Positions 31,193-39,639 of a DNA stretch of 64,000 bases are shown piece by piece (position 1 is the stretch's first letter; every line of letters starts with the position of its first letter). Source of the DNA: Clostridia bacterium (lineage in GTDB: Bacteria > Bacillota > Clostridia > Monoglobales > Firm-18); the NCBI GenBank assembly GCA_045654805.1, contig JAZOOD010000066.1, positions 178 to 64,177 of the forward strand, read 5' to 3'. Under the pieces are notes generated by a model, which did no database searches, had not been told where the DNA came from, and was given only the letters and a program-made list of their open reading frames with translations. A program made the position numbers and the translations under genes.

Positions 31193-32200
31193 TTATCTTT
31201 CGGTAAATCCAACCTTTTTATAAACTTTGCGCAATGTTTTATACGCAATTTTTGATGCCTTTTCCGCACCGTCGCGATATACAGACTGAATATATGCCTT
31301 ATCCTGTTGCAAAGCGTAATATTTTTCCTGTATAGGCTTTAAGCAGTCTGCCACAACTTCAGCAACCGCAAGCTTGAATTCACCGTAACCCATGCCTGCA
31401 AACTGTGCAACAGATTCTTCAATAGTATTCCCTGTAACTGCACTGTAAATACTAAGCAGATTGTTTATACCGTCTTTTCCTTCACGGTAAGCAATTTCAC
31501 CATCACTGTCCGTAACTGCCTTTTTGAATTTACGTATAATTGTATCCCTGTCATCAAGCATAGCAATATAACCGTTAGGGTTAGGGTCGGACTTACTCAT
31601 TTTAGACTCCGGTGAAGCAAGACTCATAATCCTTGCCCCTACCTTGCCAACATAAGCCTCCGGTATCTTGAACACATCACCGTAAACACCATTAAAACGC
31701 TTAGCAACATCACGTGTAAGCTCAAGGTGTTGAAGCTGGTCGTGACCTACGGGAACAAGGTCTGCCTGATACAGCAGAATATCCGCAGCCATAAGCACAG
31801 GGTATGTAAACAAACCGCTGTTAATATTATCCTCATGTTTGGCTGATTTATCCTTAAACTGAGTCATTCTTTGAAGCTCGCCCATATAAGTGTAACAATT
31901 AAGTACCCATGAAAGCTCAGGATGTGCGGAAACGTGGCTTTGGAAAAACATAATGCTCTTTTCAGGGTCAATGCCTGCCGCAAGGTATGTTGTAAATACC
32001 TCCAAAGCCCTTTTACGCAAATCAGCAGGATTTTGTCTTACTGTTATAGAGTGCAAGTCCGCCACACAGTAAAGACAGTTATAGTCATCCTGAAGCATTG
32101 TCCAATTTTTCAAGGCTCCCAGGTAGTTACCCAATGTAAGAAAGCCTGAGGACTGTATTCCGCTCAGTATAGTTTTTTTATTTTCAATAACATTATCCAT
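31193..32200 (-). CDS. trpS: Tryptophan--tRNA ligase
   Basis: TLGNYLGA, YPVLMAADIL, VPVGHDQ, KMSKS. Confidence 0.97.
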   Translation of the reverse strand: MDNVIENKKTILSGIQSSGFLTLGNYLGALKNWTMLQDDYNCLYCVADLHSITVRQNPADLRKRALEVFTTYLAAGIDPEKSIMFFQSHVSAHPELSWVLNCYTYMGELQRMTQFKDKSAKHEDNINSGLFTYPVLMAADILLYQADLVPVGHDQLQHLELTRDVAKRFNGVYGDVFKIPEAYVGKVGARIMSLASPESKMSKSDPNPNGYIAMLDDRDTIIRKFKKAVTDSDGEIAYREGKDGINNLLSIYSAVTGNTIEESVAQFAGMGYGEFKLAVAEVVADCLKPIQEKYYALQQDKAYIQSVYRDGAEKASKIAYKTLRKVYKKVGFTER

Positions 32201-32350
32201 TTTTAAAACAGAATCCTTTCTTTTAAAACAATTATTTATAAAATGACATAATAACTCAAAGTATCACACAATAATAATATCACATTTGATACCTCTTGAC
32301 AAGTCGTAATTTTAAATATATTATATAATATAGGTAATTTATAGAAGGGA

Positions 32351-33805
32351 ATGACTTTTTTGAAAATAAGAACAAGATTTGCACCATCACCTACGGGATT
32401 TATGCATGTGGGCAACCTTCGTACTGCTTTGTATGCTTACTTGCTTACAAAGTCAAAGGGCGGGGATTTTATTTTAAGAATAGAAGACACCGACCAAGGC
32501 CGTTATGTAGAGGGTGCAGTAGATATTATTTACAATACACTTAGGGAAACAGGACTTTTGTGGGACGAGGGTCCGGACATTGGCGGGGGTTATGGCCCGT
32601 ACATTCAGTCCGAAAGACGCGGTCTTTACAGAGAATATGCTGAAAAGTTGGTAGAAATGGGCAAGGCTTATTATTGCTTCTGCGACGAGGAAAGGCTTAA
32701 CGAGGTGCGTACTCTTTGCGAAACTAAAAAAATTCCGCCTAAATATGACAGACATTGTCTTTCTCTTTCAAAAGAAGAAATTCAGGCAAAAATTGATGCA
32801 GGCGTGCCTTATGTAATCCGTCAGCTTATGCCTGACGATGGTACAACTTCATTTGACGACGCAGTTTTTGGCACAATTACTGTTGAAAATTCTACTTTGG
32901 ATGATATGGTACTTCTAAAGTCAGACGGCTTGCCAACATACAACTTTGCAAACGTTGTTGACGACCATTTAATGGGCATTACACACGTTATAAGAGGTAA
33001 CGAATATTTGTCATCTACACCGAAATATAACCTTTTGTACGAGGCTTTTGGATGGGAAATCCCAACATACATCCACTGTTCACCTGTAATGCGTGACCAT
33101 ACTCACAAGCTTTCAAAGCGTGACGGTGACGCATCATACGAGGACTTTATCAAAAAGGGTTATCTAAAGGAAGCTATCCTTAACTATATCGCTTTGCTTG
33201 GCTGGAGTCCGCAAGGGGAACAGGAAAAGTTCACTCTTAAAGAATTGGTTGAAAGATTTGATGTATCAGGCATCAGTAAGTCACCTGCAATATTTGATGA
33301 AGCTAAGCTTGCATGGTTAAACGGGGAATATATCCGCGAACTTTCATTGGATGAATTCCACGAAAAGGCTAAGCCTTTCTATGAAGGTGTGGTTACAAAC
33401 CCTGATATTGATACAAAGAAAATAAGCGAGCTTTTGCAAAAGAGATGTGAAAAGCTTTCCGACATTCCTGAACAGGTTGACTTTTTCGACAATCTGCCTG
33501 AATATGACATCGATTTGTACACTCATAAAAAAATGAAGACTAATCCTGAAAATTCAAAGGAATCTCTTGTTGCAATCAAAAATAAGCTTGAAGCTATAGA
33601 TGATTTCAGCTTTGAAAATCTCCACGACAGATTGATGGAATTGGTTGAGGAAATGGGACTTAAAAACGGCCAGGTATTGTTCCCACTACGAGTTGCAGTT
33701 TCAGGCAAATCATTTACCCCCGGCGGTGGTGTAGAATTGGCTTCTATCCTCGGCAAAGAAGAAACTTTAAAGAGAATTGATAAGGCTATTGAAAAATTAT
33801 CATAA
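32351..33805 (+). CDS. gltX: Glutamate--tRNA ligase
   Basis: [24 protein letters not shown]; the start may be the TTG at 32360. Confidence 0.97.
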   Translation: MTFLKIRTRFAPSPTGFMHVGNLRTALYAYLLTKSKGGDFILRIEDTDQGRYVEGAVDIIYNTLRETGLLWDEGPDIGGGYGPYIQSERRGLYREYAEKLVEMGKAYYCFCDEERLNEVRTLCETKKIPPKYDRHCLSLSKEEIQAKIDAGVPYVIRQLMPDDGTTSFDDAVFGTITVENSTLDDMVLLKSDGLPTYNFANVVDDHLMGITHVIRGNEYLSSTPKYNLLYEAFGWEIPTYIHCSPVMRDHTHKLSKRDGDASYEDFIKKGYLKEAILNYIALLGWSPQGEQEKFTLKELVERFDVSGISKSPAIFDEAKLAWLNGEYIRELSLDEFHEKAKPFYEGVVTNPDIDTKKISELLQKRCEKLSDIPEQVDFFDNLPEYDIDLYTHKKMKTNPENSKESLVAIKNKLEAIDDFSFENLHDRLMELVEEMGLKNGQVLFPLRVAVSGKSFTPGGGVELASILGKEETLKRIDKAIEKLS

Positions 33806-33815
33806 AAAATATTTA

Positions 33816-33843
33816 AAAGACACCCTGACAGGTGTCTTTTTTT
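33816..33843 (+). terminator. Intrinsic terminator after gltX
   Basis: AAAGACACC-CTGACA-GGTGTC followed by T7. Confidence 0.8.
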
Positions 33844-33936
33844 ACACAAAACTTTGCCAACAAATGCGTATTTGGATATGTTAAATTAAAGTTGATAGTC
33901 AAACTATTAAAAATAAAAATGAAGGGAAGTGATACA

Positions 33937-35541
33937 ATGGCTATCAATTTTAAAAATTACAAACCAAATATTACAGAAAGGAGGACAACTACATACAAAA
34001 TAGAATCACCCACTAAAGTTACTGTGGACAATTCTGATTCAGTAAGGTATAATGGAAATAAGGAAATTAAACCAACCATTTCACCTTCAACGGACTTTGC
34101 AAAACAGTGGGAGGAGAAACATAAGGACACATTCAAGTATGCCGGTGACAGTGCGAAAAAGAGTATCCACGCAGGACTTAATGAAGCACCTGATTATATG
34201 AAGGATGCAGACGAGGGTACAAGCTTTGAAAATGTACAGACAGCATCAGTAAAGAGACATCTTGCAAAAGATGCAAATGATGACAAGTTGTTTAATGCAT
34301 CAATAATGGAAATGATAGGGCATTTAAGTAGGGAAAATAAAGAACCATATCTTAAACACGCTCAACCATTACAAAAATATATCGATGCAAAAGATGAATT
34401 TGATTTTAAACAGAACAATTACACTACAACAGAGAATGTAGATAAAACACCAAACGAAGATGTCCGTACTCTACAAAGGGAACTGAATGAGGCAGGCTAT
34501 ACTGACAAATTTGGACAAAAGCTAAAAGAAGACGGAATATATGCAGGCAAGACTGCTTATGCTGATGATAGGCGTAGGGCGGATAATCCAAGCGTATCAA
34601 GTTATTCTACAAACAAAAAGAACAAGAAATTTTCTGCAAAAGAATTATCTAAAGAGGAAATTGAAAAGATAGGAAAATACGTGTATGGGGATGACTATAA
34701 TTCGGATGTACTTGCTTTGAATTTTACAGATGATGGAAAGGTTGCGACGCATCCTACTACGGTAAATGCTTCCGGTCCTATGGGGCCTGTGTACGAATAT
34801 GTTGATGATATCTTAAATAAGGTAAATAATTCCACAGAACAAATTAAAACAAAAGCAAATACTTTTTTCGATGAATATATACCATATTATTCTTCCAAAA
34901 ATGATGAAATCAGATTATCCGATAGCGGAGTTGAGAATGAAAAGGACAAGAAATTTAATACAGTTAAAAAAACCATGTTAAGATGCCTAAGTGCAAATTG
35001 GTATGGAACAAGTTATAACAATTATTTTCAGGAATATATTCACGAACAGGCTGATAGGTTAAGATTATATGATGATAATTCATTTAAAAAGGCAGTACTG
35101 CTAAATAATTCGGAAGGAGCTAGTACCTTAGGTCATAATGCAGTTATGCTTATTAACAAGGACAATGAAGGTTTAGTGTTTAGTTTTTATCCGACTAATT
35201 CAAATTTCACTAAATCAATGTTAACAACTGCAGAGGTTAGATTTGGGGTATTAAGTTCCAAAGAGGTGGACGATTTGTTGAATGCCAATAACAAAAATAC
35301 TCTTTTCCTTGTGGCTAGCGACAATACAGTAGTTCAAGAAAAGTACGACAGAGTTATAACCTATAATTTAACAGGCACAGGTTATAATATGTATAATGCT
35401 GCGGTTGCTTTGTATGACTGCCCTAGCTACTATTCTTTAGCAGTAAGACATTGCGACAACATTGCAGTCGAATTGTTAAAAGAGGGCGGTATAGACATAG
35501 CTCGGTGGGTAATACCAAATTGGACATATGAAAACAATTAA
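33937..35541 (+). CDS. Putative polymorphic toxin A: conserved N-terminal module, PG-binding motif and C-terminal permuted papain-like domain
   Basis: RBS-like GAAGGGAAG before ATG 33937 (534 aa). EDVRTLQRELNEAGY...KEDGIYAGKT resembles PG_binding_1. GHNAVML...YSLAVRHCDN gives His-before-Cys order. N-terminal part is repeated in two downstream ORFs. Confidence 0.7.
   Translation: MAINFKNYKPNITERRTTTYKIESPTKVTVDNSDSVRYNGNKEIKPTISPSTDFAKQWEEKHKDTFKYAGDSAKKSIHAGLNEAPDYMKDADEGTSFENVQTASVKRHLAKDANDDKLFNASIMEMIGHLSRENKEPYLKHAQPLQKYIDAKDEFDFKQNNYTTTENVDKTPNEDVRTLQRELNEAGYTDKFGQKLKEDGIYAGKTAYADDRRRADNPSVSSYSTNKKNKKFSAKELSKEEIEKIGKYVYGDDYNSDVLALNFTDDGKVATHPTTVNASGPMGPVYEYVDDILNKVNNSTEQIKTKANTFFDEYIPYYSSKNDEIRLSDSGVENEKDKKFNTVKKTMLRCLSANWYGTSYNNYFQEYIHEQADRLRLYDDNSFKKAVLLNNSEGASTLGHNAVMLINKDNEGLVFSFYPTNSNFTKSMLTTAEVRFGVLSSKEVDDLLNANNKNTLFLVASDNTVVQEKYDRVITYNLTGTGYNMYNAAVALYDCPSYYSLAVRHCDNIAVELLKEGGIDIARWVIPNWTYENN
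34021..34562 (+). repeat. Toxin N-terminal module, copy A
   Basis: Homologous to 35917-36289 and 38052-38565; a 67-nt stretch at 34202-34268 is identical in all three. Confidence 0.95.
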
Positions 35542-35565
35542 TTTTTATTTAATGGAGCGTGGAAC

Positions 35566-35904
35566 ATGTCAAAAAAGTTATCAATATTTTTATTTTATCT
35601 TATTCATTGTTTAATAGCTTTTGTTATGGGAGTCACCACTATTTACTTGGAATTAAAATTTTTTGTTCATGAATTTAATCCGTATATATATATTGTGTTA
35701 TATTATGCCTTTTTGCTTTTTTGTATTATCAATTTGTGTGTTATGTTTTTCTCCTACAAATTGTTAAAAATTGAAAAAGGGAAGAGATTTTATCTTACTT
35801 TGTTTACAAATTATGTAATTGTAAATGTATGTTCTTATTTGATGTTTTATTTTGGACTTTATTTATTTATTGTAATAAGATTGTGTATATATGGGCTTTA
35901 TTAA
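35566..35904 (+). CDS. Putative immunity protein A (about 3 TM helices)
   Basis: RBS GGAG; small, hydrophobic, very AT-rich, directly downstream of toxin A. Confidence 0.6.
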   Translation: MSKKLSIFLFYLIHCLIAFVMGVTTIYLELKFFVHEFNPYIYIVLYYAFLLFCIINLCVMFFSYKLLKIEKGKRFYLTLFTNYVIVNVCSYLMFYFGLYLFIVIRLCIYGLY

Positions 35905-37291
35905 AAATAAAAACTATGATTATATGCAGGATGCAGACGAGGGTACAAGCTTTGAAAATGTACAGACAGCATCAGTAAAGAGACATCTTGCAAAGGATTC
36001 AAACAATGACAAGTTGTTTAATGCATCAATAATGGAAATGATAGGACATTTAAGTAAGGAAAACAAAGAGCTTTATTTAAAGAATGCAGAGCCGTTAGAA
36101 ACGTACATAGACGCAAAGGATAAGTTTGACTTTAAAAACAACAATTATACAACCACAGAAAATGCAGATAAAACACCAAATGAAAATGTTCGTCAATTGC
36201 AAAGGGAACTGAACAAGGCGGGCTATACGGACAAGTTCGGACAAAAGCTAAAAGAAGACGGCATATATGCAGGCAAAACTGCCTATGCGTATGAAAGTAA
36301 AAAAGCGGATAATGTGGCTAATAATAATTCTAATGTTGAAACATACTCCACAACTACTCTATCTACTACTGATAACCTTACAGAACAAAATTATGACGAA
36401 GAAAACACATCTCAAAGGTTTGGTAACAGATGGAATGCTCCTGTAAGAACAGGGGAGAGGCAAGGAGAAAGAGAAACATCCACCGACAGACAAGATACAG
36501 AAAGTGTTTTTAACGAAAATACCTATATTAATGAAAACGGAATAGTCAAATGGAAAGAATTACCTTACATTGCTCAAAGATTACCGGTTGAGACACGATT
36601 ATTCAGGGAAAGAAAAATTTCCACAGAGGTTTATAATGCATTTGATATTTTGAGCCAAAGATGGTATTATGCCGAAACTGAAGAGGCGAGAGAAGAAATA
36701 GGAGATCTTGCTGGAAAAATTAGAGACAACGGATATAAGATTGACGACTGTACAAAAGTTGCAAATCAAGAATTATGGAACAACGCTCAAGAAATATACA
36801 ATGTCTTACTTAATGAAAAAGATGATATTGCCGATAAGGTTCTTTATCTTCTAAAAAAGAAGTTAGAACCATTTTCTTCTGCAGCCAGTGATATTTCCAA
36901 AAATGCAATAAAATGGTTAATTAGAGTATATAACAACGGTAAATGGGATTATAAAAGCACAGAGGTCCATACTGAATGGATGCCGGAAACAAGATATTTT
37001 ATGTATTATGGAGAAGTAATAGATGCTGCTGCTTTTGGAAATATCAATTTTGGATATACCGGCACACTATTAGGCATAGATGCAGAAACGCTATACAAAG
37101 GTGGTGGTACTTTGGCTAATAACCCCACAGAATACGAAATAAGCCACTATTATAGTGATAGTGAAGTAGATCATTACTATATAAAAATAGGAATTGAACA
37201 AGCAAACAAAGAAGGGTATTATGGTCAATTGCATTTTCCTGATGGTTTTTTTGATATTATGAAAGATGTAATAGAAATTATAAAAAAGTAG
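35891..37291 (+). CDS. Putative polymorphic toxin B (N-terminally truncated orphan cassette) with Ntox44-like C-terminus
   Basis: Homology to toxin A begins abruptly at TGATTATATG (35917); no clear RBS. C-terminus NNGKWDYK...FGNINFGYTG...DSEVDHYYIKIG resembles Ntox44. Confidence 0.7.
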   Translation: MGFIKNKNYDYMQDADEGTSFENVQTASVKRHLAKDSNNDKLFNASIMEMIGHLSKENKELYLKNAEPLETYIDAKDKFDFKNNNYTTTENADKTPNENVRQLQRELNKAGYTDKFGQKLKEDGIYAGKTAYAYESKKADNVANNNSNVETYSTTTLSTTDNLTEQNYDEENTSQRFGNRWNAPVRTGERQGERETSTDRQDTESVFNENTYINENGIVKWKELPYIAQRLPVETRLFRERKISTEVYNAFDILSQRWYYAETEEAREEIGDLAGKIRDNGYKIDDCTKVANQELWNNAQEIYNVLLNEKDDIADKVLYLLKKKLEPFSSAASDISKNAIKWLIRVYNNGKWDYKSTEVHTEWMPETRYFMYYGEVIDAAAFGNINFGYTGTLLGIDAETLYKGGGTLANNPTEYEISHYYSDSEVDHYYIKIGIEQANKEGYYGQLHFPDGFFDIMKDVIEIIKK

Positions 37292-37303
37292 AGGAGATTA
37301 TTT

Positions 37304-37840
37304 ATGAATAAAATTTCAAAAATCCTTTTGAAAATAATATTAGTGCTATCTGTAATAGTTATGCTTTTAAAATATATTACAATAGGATGGTTTATGTATG
37401 ATTTTTTATTCAAAACTGATGACTCTCTTGAACATTTCGTAAACTTGTACGTACAGAACCAATATGATTATAACAGGGACGCAGCAATACTTTTTAGTCT
37501 TGCTAAAGAAGACTGCGTATACTTTACGATTCATGGATACGAAACCTTTCTTACCATAGACACAAAATTATGTAACTATCAGTTTGTAAGTAATGGTGTT
37601 GTAGTTAAAACTAAAGAACCCCTCAAACTTAATGACGAACAACTGTCAATTATAAAAAAGTGTGATATGAAAAAATATTTAAAATATTTTAAATATATTT
37701 ACATAAGCAAAGATTATATATCATTTGAGGGGAATGGTTTTTATAATCGTAAATTAATTTATTGTCCTGATGGAAATTTGGATTATATGAGATATATAGA
37801 AAAAATCAATGACAGTTGGTATTGTTGTTATGATGATTAG
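37304..37840 (+). CDS. Putative immunity protein B (N-terminal TM anchor plus soluble domain)
   Basis: Strong RBS GAGGAG; follows toxin B; ends EKINDSWY. Confidence 0.6.
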   Translation: MNKISKILLKIILVLSVIVMLLKYITIGWFMYDFLFKTDDSLEHFVNLYVQNQYDYNRDAAILFSLAKEDCVYFTIHGYETFLTIDTKLCNYQFVSNGVVVKTKEPLKLNDEQLSIIKKCDMKKYLKYFKYIYISKDYISFEGNGFYNRKLIYCPDGNLDYMRYIEKINDSWYCCYDD

Positions 37841-37977
37841 TTACTGAGACGTTTGGTGTTTTTGAGCGAAACATCATTTCAACATAAGTTCTTCTACACA
37901 AGGTCAACACAAAGGGATGGTTCTATTGTGTTTAAGCAATATTGGTAAAATATTCTTTACAATCAAATTGATATGTG

Positions 37978-38014
37978 AAATAATGGTAACCTGTTATAGG
38001 TTGCCATTATTTTT
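37978..38014 (+). terminator. Intrinsic terminator after cassette B
   Basis: AAATAATGGTAACCT-GTTAT-AGGTTGCCATTATTTTT. Confidence 0.75.
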
Positions 38015-38051
38015 ATATTTACTTGTATACCAACTTTTTAATAAGCAAAAT

Positions 38052-38585
38052 ACTGTGGACAATTCAAGTTCTGTAATGTATAATAAGGATAAGAAAAATA
38101 CAGGGACTATTACTCCTTCAACCAACTTTGAAAGTCAATGGAAAGAGAAAAACCAAGGACTTTTAAGGTATGCAGGGGACAGTACAAAGAAAAGTATTGA
38201 TGCAGGGCTTAATGAGGCACCTGATTATATGCAGGATGCAGACGAGGGTACAAGCTTTGAAAATGTACAGACAGCATCAGTAAAGAGACATCTTGCAAAG
38301 GATTCAAACAATGACAAATTGCATCAGTCCGCATTAATGGAAATAATAGGGCATTTAAGTAGGGAAAATAAAGAACCATATCTTAAACACGCTCAACCAT
38401 TACAAAAATATATTGATGCAAAAGATGAATTTGATTTTAAACAGAACAATTACACTACAACAGAAAATGTAGACAAAACACCAAATGAAAATGTTCGTCA
38501 GCTACAACGAGAACTGAATGAGGCGGGATATACGGACAAGTTCGGACAAAAGCTAAAAGAAGACGCTTCACTTGTATCAAAATAA
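38052..38585 (+). pseudogene. Toxin N-terminal module, copy C (lacks start and toxin domain)
   Basis: Begins at ACTGTGGACAATTC (matches 34021); homology ends at ...KLKED, then ASLVSK-stop. Confidence 0.75.
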
Positions 38586-38597
38586 AAACTAATTACA

Positions 38598-38633
38598 AAA
38601 AAGGAAATGTTCATTTTTTGAACATTTCCTTTT
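38598..38633. terminator. Bidirectional terminator closing the toxin locus
   Basis: AAAAGGAAATGTTCA-TTTT-TGAACATTTCCTTTT. Confidence 0.75.
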
Positions 38634-38644
38634 ATTTGGGGGAT

Positions 38645-38777
38645 AAGAAAAATGCTTCAGAACGGACAAATCGAACCCGTAAGGGGTTACCCGAAGGCGT
38701 ACAAAGGTACGTCGAGAGGTGAGGTTTGTTCGTAGCAAAAGGCATCTTTTTAGAAAATCTCAATTTTTGAGATTTTC
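38645..38777. other. Candidate structured non-coding element
   Basis: Nested stems ACGGACAAA/TTTGTTCGT, AACCC/GGGTT and GGCGTAC/GTACGTC, with outer ATGCT/GGCAT. Confidence 0.45.
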
Positions 38778-38871
38778 AACTGATAAAACAAAAATGTATT
38801 ATTTTACATTATTATTCTTATTGCATTTATTCGCCTTTTACGTTCTGGAGATATTTTTACATCCCTCCACT

Positions 38872-39276
38872 TTATTCTATTGTATAATCACCTTTTACCA
38901 TAACAATAACTTTACTTTGTGCCTTTATCCCTCTGCCGTCGGAAACGGGAATTACCAGGTTATGGTTAGCGGGCATATTTGTACCGTCGGGCAAGTCAAT
39001 ACCTGCAGTCAAGTCCGCAAGTCCGCCCTTTTCGGTAGCAATAATTTCCGCAGTACCCATACGAAGGACTATCTCCGTACCCGCTTCTCCTATAAGCGAG
39101 TTACCCTTTTCAAGGTTAACTACCTGAAATGTAAGCTGACCCTTTAGGATATCCTCAATATAGCTTAAGGTAATAATAGGGTCATTATTATCCCCCGGGC
39201 TTGCAAACATTGTAACCGTACCCAAGGTTGCAAAGGCAAAAGCAACAACCAAAAGCGTAATTATAATTTTTTTCAT
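38872..39276 (-). CDS. Conserved secreted hypothetical protein
   Basis: Signal peptide; PG..DP.ITLSY, GTEIVLRMG, P.NH.L motifs; RBS GAGGGGAG. Confidence 0.7.
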   Translation of the reverse strand: MKKIIITLLVVAFAFATLGTVTMFASPGDNNDPIITLSYIEDILKGQLTFQVVNLEKGNSLIGEAGTEIVLRMGTAEIIATEKGGLADLTAGIDLPDGTNMPANHNLVIPVSDGRGIKAQSKVIVMVKGDYTIE

Positions 39277-39290
39277 AAGTAAAACTCCCC

Positions 39291-39638
39291 TCAATTTTCA
39301 AGAGCAAAGCTTACTGACAAAGCCTTATTTACCCTTTGCATAAGCTCATCGTCCGCATGCCCTATTTTTTCCTTAAGACGCTTTTTATCTATGGTCCTGA
39401 TTTGTTCCATCAAAATAACGGAATCCTTTACAAGACCGTAAGTTTCAGCGCTTATTTCAATATGTGTAGGCATTTTAGCCTTATTAATCTGCGAAGTTAC
39501 CGCAGCAGCAATAATAGTAGGACTGTATTTATTGCCAACATCGTTTTGCACTACCAAAACAGGACGAATTCCGCCCTGTTCCGAACCAACCACAGGACTA
39601 AGGTCAGCGTAGAATAAATCTCCCCTTTTAACTATCAC
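39291..39638 (-). CDS. ndoA: MazF/PemK-family mRNA interferase toxin (EndoA)
   Basis: [33 protein letters not shown] and [11 protein letters not shown]; GTG start. Confidence 0.95.
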   Translation of the reverse strand: MIVKRGDLFYADLSPVVGSEQGGIRPVLVVQNDVGNKYSPTIIAAAVTSQINKAKMPTHIEISAETYGLVKDSVILMEQIRTIDKKRLKEKIGHADDELMQRVNKALSVSFALEN

Positions 39639-39639
39639 A

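Noticed and set aside
32200-32350. T-box leaders for trpS or gltX
   Set aside because: The intergenic region is only 150 nt, AT-rich and lacks the GGTGGNACCGCG T-box sequence.
33832-33936. 35-codon N-terminal extension of toxin A in the ORF track
   Set aside because: It begins inside the gltX terminator with no RBS; ATG 33937 has a purine-rich SD-like sequence.
37841-37975. Possible relic of another immunity gene
   Set aside because: Only a short open stretch without a start or recognisable motif; not supportable.
37917-38051. Hydrophobic N-terminus of the 222-aa ORF as a signal peptide
   Set aside because: It is read through a terminator hairpin and has no homology to copy A; likely a fortuitous open frame.
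33937-38585. Diversity-generating retroelement or invertase shufflon as the source of the repeats
   Set aside because: No reverse transcriptase or recombinase nearby, differences are not adenine-specific, and all copies are direct repeats.
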